Assembly: GCA_026415575.1 (NCBI GenBank)
Contig: JAOAGV010000011.1
Location: 625 to 64,624, forward strand
From: Candidatus Sumerlaeia bacterium
GTDB taxonomy: Bacteria; Sumerlaeota; Sumerlaeia; JADFCW01
Reading direction: 5' to 3'
DNA length: 64,000 bases
Both the position numbers and the translations under genes were made by a program. A model generated the notes under the pieces. That model saw only the letters and a list, made by a program, of their open reading frames with translations, had not been told where the DNA came from and searched no databases. This document shows, in pieces, positions 58,851 through 64,000 of the stretch (position 1 is the stretch's first letter; each line of letters starts with the position of its first letter).

Positions 58851-58927
58851 GTGCCAGTAGCTCAGGCGGATAGAGCAGCGGACTTCTAATCCGCAGGTCG
58901 GGGGTTCGAATCCCTCCTGGCACGCCA
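58851..58927 (+). tRNA. tRNA-Arg (anticodon TCT)
   Basis: A cloverleaf was folded by hand. The acceptor GTGCCAG/CTGGCAC, the D-arm GCTC/GAGC, the anticodon stem GCGGA/TCCGC with loop CTTCTAA, and the T-arm GGGGG-TTCGAAT-CCCTC all pair. CCA is encoded. Confidence 0.85.
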
Positions 58928-58953
58928 AAGAATCTGGGGCATGGCAGAGGGGC

Positions 58954-60672
58954 TCACGGGGAGGCGGGCAAGGCATCGAGCCGGGCGCGCACGGTCTCGG
59001 CCAAGTCCTTGCGGACAAGGAAGGCACACGTGTCTTCATACCAGAACCAATCGCGCGGAATTCGTCCGCCAAGGGTTTCCAACGGCACGTAGTTGTCCAT
59101 AAGATAAGGAACAAGAAAGGGCGCACGGCGGCGAACTAATTCCATACCCAGCCATTCTTTGTCCGCCCCTTCGAGCAATCCCAAAAGGATCAGCACAGGC
59201 TGGTGCCGCTGCAAGTCCGCCAGCATGGCCTGTTTCATCCGCTCGGAAATATGCCCCTGAAACTTGCCCTTGAACAGCGGGGCGTTGTGAAAATAACGCG
59301 CACCGGCGTAGCGCTTGGCTGCAAAGTAACAGGCATTCGGCTGAACGCCGAGCAGCAAAATCCTCTCGTCGGGGGCGGTCAGACCGGCAAGGGCCTGTCC
59401 CAACGACTGCTCGAGCGCACGATCGCCGGTCGGCAGTGCGTTGCGCCGTTCGAGCTTGCGATTCTCTGCGATATGACACCGCACGCCGCCGACCGTCAGC
59501 CATGCAGCCGCGGCCAAAACAGCCAGCGCCGGCAGAAGTCCGGCGGCGGCCTTGATTCGGCTCATTTCGCTTAGGCGGCGTCCGAGAACGCCGGCGACAA
59601 TTTCGCCGACCGCCTGCGCGGCAAAACCCATAAGCAGACAGGTCGAAATGGTGGTCTGAACATAGTAGTGATGGTAATACTCGCCGCTGAGGGAAACAGG
59701 GGCGAACTCGCAGACAAAAGCCGGCAACAGCAGGCCGCACCACCAACGTTTTTCGCGCGGCAGCCACGGCAGAAGCGCTGCGGCCAGCACGGGCGCGGCC
59801 AGCATGGGCCCTGTATCGCACAACACACGCCAGTGCGTGCGCAATCCGTCCAGCCAGCCGGTATGCGTTTCGGGCTCAGCCCCGATGTAAATCAGGTTGA
59901 ACAGATAGCTGGCCTCAAAATAGTCCCACCAGATTCGCTTGGCGGCAAACCAGGCCGACCAAAACGCTTCGGGAAGGACAAAACCAAGGCTGACCAGCGC
60001 GAGTGAACCCAAGGCGGGCTTGGTTTTCCATCCCAGCTCCCGCGCGCGCCAAACTGTCACAGCCGCCAGAAACAAGAGCGAAAGCCCGTAGGTTTGGCGA
60101 AACTCGGCGGCCATGCCCAGAAACAGTCCCGCCCAAAAGACATCGCGGCGCAGACGCGGCGAGGGGCGAAGAATCATCCAATAGCTCAGCGCCACAAACA
60201 ACAGCGAAGCCTCTTCGGTCATTCCCCCCGAACGCACAGCCACGCGATGGCTGACAAACAGGCAGAAGAAGGCCACGGCGACCGCCGACGCCGCCACCGA
60301 AAGATGTCTTCGACAGACGGCGGCAAACACTGTGCCGGCCAACGCCAGCCAGACAATTTCGTTGACCACGGCCGCCGTGCGCGAAAAGGGAAACAGCCAA
60401 AGCGGCAGCGCGTGGAACAGGAAGATATGGGGCGGCTTGTGATCCCAAAAATCCCGATAGGGCACCTGACCGGCGGCCCATGCCTGTCCCCCGTAAAGAA
60501 AAATCGCCTCGTCGTGGCCTTGGGCGCAATGAAAGGTGTGGGCGCGCAGTACCGCCAGCGCCCCGCCGATCACACAGGCCACGGCGGTCCAGCGAAGAAA
60601 GCTTATCAGGTATTTTTTGCCAAACAGACCCTGCTTCAGCCCACCAGCCTGTGGATTTTTATCATCGGGCAT
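58954..60672 (-). CDS. GT39/ArnT-like membrane glycosyltransferase (second copy)
   Basis: It is a polytopic membrane protein with an N-terminal DE-containing loop (AQGHDEAIFLYGGQAW) and PMT_2-like architecture. Confidence 0.7.
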   Translation of the reverse strand: MPDDKNPQAGGLKQGLFGKKYLISFLRWTAVACVIGGALAVLRAHTFHCAQGHDEAIFLYGGQAWAAGQVPYRDFWDHKPPHIFLFHALPLWLFPFSRTAAVVNEIVWLALAGTVFAAVCRRHLSVAASAVAVAFFCLFVSHRVAVRSGGMTEEASLLFVALSYWMILRPSPRLRRDVFWAGLFLGMAAEFRQTYGLSLLFLAAVTVWRARELGWKTKPALGSLALVSLGFVLPEAFWSAWFAAKRIWWDYFEASYLFNLIYIGAEPETHTGWLDGLRTHWRVLCDTGPMLAAPVLAAALLPWLPREKRWWCGLLLPAFVCEFAPVSLSGEYYHHYYVQTTISTCLLMGFAAQAVGEIVAGVLGRRLSEMSRIKAAAGLLPALAVLAAAAWLTVGGVRCHIAENRKLERRNALPTGDRALEQSLGQALAGLTAPDERILLLGVQPNACYFAAKRYAGARYFHNAPLFKGKFQGHISERMKQAMLADLQRHQPVLILLGLLEGADKEWLGMELVRRRAPFLVPYLMDNYVPLETLGGRIPRDWFWYEDTCAFLVRKDLAETVRARLDALPASP

Positions 60673-60932
60673 TTTACGCCTCTCTGCATCGTTGTGCCGA
60701 AGTCAAGGGTGCCTGCAGCAGCCTGAAAAGGCAAGCGCGGAAAGGCGCAGGCGAAATTCCCTACTGCGGGCTTCAGGCGAGGCCGCTGTTGTTGTGCCCG
60801 CGTCGCAAGTCAAAATTCACGCTGGCGGTCCCGGAAAGGCTGACGATTGCGTATAATAAATACCCGAAGTCGGGCTTTTGCCTTATCCCCTGAAATTCTG
60901 AACGCGTGTTGAACGGCGCACTGAGGGAAGAA

Positions 60933-61334
60933 CTACGATCCCATCGAACCCCTATCTTTCCCTTCGAGGATAACGACCGCACAGGCATGACCATCGGTGT
61001 GCGTGAGGCTGATATGGACGCAATCGGCGCCCAATTCTTTCATACGTTCGGCGGCGCGGCCTTGCACTTCGAGACTGGGTTTGCCGCTGGGTGCATGTAC
61101 TACGCCGACATCGCGCCAGCGCATGCCCCCGCGCAATCCAAGTCCCACAGCCTTGAGAAAGGCCTCCTTGGCAGCAAAGCGTGCGGCATAGTGCATGGCC
61201 GGCTGCGGCCGGTTGGCGCACTCGCGCTGCTCGGTTTCGGTGAACACCCGTTGCACCAGCCGCTCCGGATGCCGCGCCAACGCCTTTTCCATTCTCGCAA
61301 TTTCCACAAGATCAACGCCGATTCCCACAATCAT
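60933..61334 (-). CDS. acpS: Holo-[acyl-carrier-protein] synthase
   Basis: The internal start MIVGIGVDLVEIARMEKAL lies at 61334, and the product continues FAAKEAFLKAVG. Confidence 0.8.
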   Translation of the reverse strand: MIVGIGVDLVEIARMEKALARHPERLVQRVFTETEQRECANRPQPAMHYAARFAAKEAFLKAVGLGLRGGMRWRDVGVVHAPSGKPSLEVQGRAAERMKELGADCVHISLTHTDGHACAVVILEGKDRGSMGS

Positions 61335-61543
61335 ACGGTGACTCCATCTCTTTGAACATTGCATCCCTTTGCCTGATGCCAAAAAAAGGTTGTCTTTTTG
61401 CCCAAAACGGCATAGACAACCTTTGGGATGGGGAGAGGGCGCTGACGTTGAATGCCCGCTGCAATTTCCGCCGATCTCGCATCGGTTAGTGTCTGTGCCC
61501 TGCTTCGCAACCCACGCAGAAGAGGATTGGGGCGGAGGCAAGC

Positions 61544-62185
61544 ATGCCGGCTATGCGATTGTTCAACGTTCCACGCCGATGGGTCTTTTTCCTGCCACTG
61601 GCGCTGCTTGGCTCGCGCGCCCCGGCAACCCTTGTGCTTCCCCAAAATATCGAAGATCTCGAATCGCAGGCTCAACTGATTTTTGCCGGCGTGTGCACCA
61701 CATACACCGCTGTGGCAACCGCTCAAGGCCTGCCGGCAACCCTGTACACATTCAAAGTCATTGAGGCTGTCAAAGGCAATGTCAAGGCCGGCAGCGAGGT
61801 TCAGTTCCGCCAGTTCGGCGGCCCGATTCCGGGCAGTCGTCTTGCCATGAAGGTTTCAGGCGTTCCCCATTATGTTGTGGGGCAGGAGGTGCTTCTTTTC
61901 CTCAATCCCCCGGGTTCGATTGGATTGACCGCGCCGGTGGGGCTGTCACAGGGCGTTTTTGCCATTGAGCAGTCGCGCGACGGCAAACGAACAATTCCCC
62001 TCGATGCGGTGCGGCGCACTCTTTTGAACAGAAATCTGGACCTGTCCAAATACCAAGACCGCCGCCGCTTCACTGTAGCCGAATCGCTCGCTGTTGCCAA
62101 TCCCCCCGAACGGATGGACCTCGAATCGTTCTGTTCGCTGATCCGAAAAATGGGAAACGCACGCAGGGATGCCGATGACCGGTAG
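61544..62185 (+). CDS. Secreted hypothetical protein (signal peptide), upstream partner of the metzincin
   Basis: It starts MPAMRLFNVPRRWVFFLPLALLGSRAPA. I recognise no domain. Confidence 0.5.
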   Translation: MPAMRLFNVPRRWVFFLPLALLGSRAPATLVLPQNIEDLESQAQLIFAGVCTTYTAVATAQGLPATLYTFKVIEAVKGNVKAGSEVQFRQFGGPIPGSRLAMKVSGVPHYVVGQEVLLFLNPPGSIGLTAPVGLSQGVFAIEQSRDGKRTIPLDAVRRTLLNRNLDLSKYQDRRRFTVAESLAVANPPERMDLESFCSLIRKMGNARRDADDR

Positions 62186-62201
62186 GAAGGAACCTCTTTC
62201 G

Positions 62202-63407
62202 ATGCCGCCCGCCCGCACCGTTGCCCTTCTCATTGCGGCTCTTGTCGCGGCCGGCCGGTTTGTTCATGCGGGCGGTCCTCTGATCTTTGCCGAAGACGGC
62301 TCGGTGGTAAAATGGCCGACCGTCGGCGGCCAGACCAGCATCACGCTTACACTCGACCAAGGCGGCCTCGGCGCGCTCAACAATGCTGCCGCCAACGCCA
62401 TGGTTTCCAATATCCTCGGCGTTTGGAACAGCGTGACCACCAGCACCCTCGCCCTGACCATCGCCCCTTCGCCCCTCACCTCCGATGTCACGCATTTGAA
62501 TTTCACTTCGTTCATCGGGGGCGGCGCGCTGCACGGGTTCAATCCCGTCGTCTATGACTCGGCCGGTTCCATCACGGCATTGCTCTATGGAGAAAACGCG
62601 CGCAATCAGGTGTTGGGGTTTGCCACGCCGATCTTCTTTATCAACGCCGACCGTCGGCCTGTACCCGGCAACATCCTCGAAGGCCAGGTCGTGCTAAACG
62701 GCCGCATGTTGGACGGGGTCAGCAGCGGCAGCGCAAATCCGGAGGTAACGCCGGCGGAGTTTGAGGGCGTGATTGTGCATGAGCTGGGACACATGCTTGG
62801 GCTTGATCACTCGCAAATCAACGCGCTCGATGCCTCGAACGCCGACCAGCCGACCATGTTTCCGATTTTCTACGGTGGCGTGCACTGGAAAAGCCTCGCG
62901 CCCGACGACATCGGCTGGATTTGCTGGCTTTATCCGGCTGCGCAGTTCAACAGCGCTTTCGGCGCCATTGCCGGCCATGTCCTCGTTGTCAACGGCATGT
63001 CCACGCGGGGCTATCAGGGGATCAACGTGATTGCGCGGCGGGTCGGGGGAACGCGCGCGGAGGCCGGATCATGCGTTTCGGGCTACCGCTATTGGAGCGG
63101 CGTCGGGCCGCCGGGTCTGGCCGGCGCCTATCTCATTCCGGGCTTGCCGGCGGGCAGCTACACGGTGGAAGTCGAGCGAATCTTGCCCATTTTCACCGGC
63201 GGCTCGAGCGTCGGGCCGCTGGACGTACCGGCCGATTTTCCCGGCAGCGCCGGACCGGAGTTTTACAACGGCATGAATGAATCGTCGGGCGACAATCCTG
63301 CGGACAAAACGAACGTCCTTGTCGCTTTGGATCGCACAACCTCCGGCATCACCATCATCCTCAACACCGGCGAAACCGGCGTCGTCTCTTGGACGCGCTA
63401 TCGGTAG
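62202..63407 (+). CDS. Secreted zinc metalloprotease, metzincin (HExxHxxGxxH, matrixin-like)
   Basis: It has HELGHMLGLDHS plus a Met-turn (QPTMFP), and the signal peptide MPPARTVALLIAALVAAGRFVHA. Confidence 0.8.
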   Translation: MPPARTVALLIAALVAAGRFVHAGGPLIFAEDGSVVKWPTVGGQTSITLTLDQGGLGALNNAAANAMVSNILGVWNSVTTSTLALTIAPSPLTSDVTHLNFTSFIGGGALHGFNPVVYDSAGSITALLYGENARNQVLGFATPIFFINADRRPVPGNILEGQVVLNGRMLDGVSSGSANPEVTPAEFEGVIVHELGHMLGLDHSQINALDASNADQPTMFPIFYGGVHWKSLAPDDIGWICWLYPAAQFNSAFGAIAGHVLVVNGMSTRGYQGINVIARRVGGTRAEAGSCVSGYRYWSGVGPPGLAGAYLIPGLPAGSYTVEVERILPIFTGGSSVGPLDVPADFPGSAGPEFYNGMNESSGDNPADKTNVLVALDRTTSGITIILNTGETGVVSWTRYR

Positions 63408-63673
63408 GTGTCCGGGACCTCCTACGAAGCACAGCAGCGATAAAAAGGCCCCATTTTTTGTTCCTTGGATAGTTGGTTTCCGCGGCGGCCGCATGCAATT
63501 CCTTCCCGGCGTTGCCCCGGACCAAATTCAACGCCACCGCTATGGTCGAAAAGAACCGCTGCATTGTAGAATCGGGAAATGAATCCCCCGCTGCTCCCTG
63601 CGTCATTTTCGATTGACAGAGCGGGGGATTTGTTGATGATAATCTTTTTCAGTTGAACGCGCCGCAAGTCAGC

Positions 63674-63765
63674 GGAGAGGTGGCCGAGTGGCTGAAGGCG
63701 GCGTCTTGCTAAGGCGTTGACAGGGGAAACCTTGTCCCTGGGTTCGAATCCCAGCCTCTCCGCCA
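63674..63765 (+). tRNA. tRNA-Ser (anticodon GCT), long variable arm
   Basis: It has the acceptor GGAGAGG/CCTCTCC, anticodon loop TTGCTAA, a long variable arm, the T-loop GGTTCGAATCC and CCA encoded. The anticodon stem needs two G-U pairs. Confidence 0.75.
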
Positions 63766-63767
63766 TT

Positions 63768-64000
63768 TTATTTTCTTTTTGTTTTTTCTTTGGCGCTTTT
63801 CTTCTTCGGCTCAATCGCCTTCGGTTTGGCTGTTGCTTTCGCCTTCCCCGGAAAACCGTAGTTCATCTTGCCGGCACCGGCATCCAACGGGCCGGGCGGC
63901 AATTCCTTCTGCCACGCCAAAAGCTTTTCGCTCATCCGCGCCACGACATCCGGGTGCTTGTCCGCGACGTTGTTGAGCTGCGTAAGGTCTTTCTTCATGT
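63768..64000 (-). CDS. Sulfatase, C-terminal fragment; the 5' part lies beyond the window end
   Basis: The C-terminal sequence ...LTQLNNVADKHPDVVARMSEKLLAWQKELPPGP is typical of arylsulfatase C-termini, followed by a K-rich tail. Confidence 0.55.
   Translation of the reverse strand, partial: MKKDLTQLNNVADKHPDVVARMSEKLLAWQKELPPGPLDAGAGKMNYGFPGKAKATAKPKAIEPKKKSAKEKTKRK

Noticed and set aside
58569-58889. 106-aa plus-strand ORF overlapping tRNA-Arg
   Set aside because: It overlaps a confidently folded tRNA and lies in a low-GC tRNA promoter region. It has no RBS.
63422-63814. 130-aa minus-strand ORF overlapping tRNA-Ser
   Set aside because: It overlaps the tRNA-Ser gene and is most likely spurious.
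1-64000. CRISPR arrays, transposases/IS elements, integrases, prophage genes, toxin-antitoxin pairs
   Set aside because: I scanned both strands and found no direct-repeat/spacer array, no DDE/serine/tyrosine recombinase signatures and no phage structural genes. The tRNA genes are not flanked by integrase-like ORFs.

Overview
This is a 64 kb, high-GC (about 60-63 %) bacterial chromosomal segment that is densely coding on both strands. Many long ORFs in the six-frame track are antisense shadows of the real genes, which is typical of GC-rich DNA. The gene content suggests a sulfatase-rich bacterium resembling the Planctomycetota/Verrucomicrobiota group. This is inferred from the SUMF1/FGE domain, two sulfatases, a DUF1559-like prepilin, two GT39-like membrane glycosyltransferases, Tat-signal oxidoreductases and a Wzx-like flippase. 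Clear housekeeping genes are smc, recX, trpB, trpA, accD, tsaD, dapB, coaE, rho, aroQ, metG and acpS. There are also tRNA-Arg(TCT) and tRNA-Ser(GCT). I found no rRNA, CRISPR array, transposase or prophage. The most unusual content is as follows. (1) A translationally coupled cassette on the minus strand: CheY-like regulator, radical SAM/SPASM enzyme, GT2 and UDP-GlcNAc 2-epimerase, with a large divergently transcribed protein of unknown function next to it. (2) Three families of short DNA elements that recur at unrelated loci: a GGATTG heptad element, a ~100-nt element, and ATGGACNNN nonamers. (3) An open reading frame interrupted by one in-frame TGA. (4) trpB and trpA separated by a ~490-nt low-GC spacer carrying two near-palindromic hairpins. 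Start coordinates were checked by hand against the sequence where stated; a few may be off by a codon.
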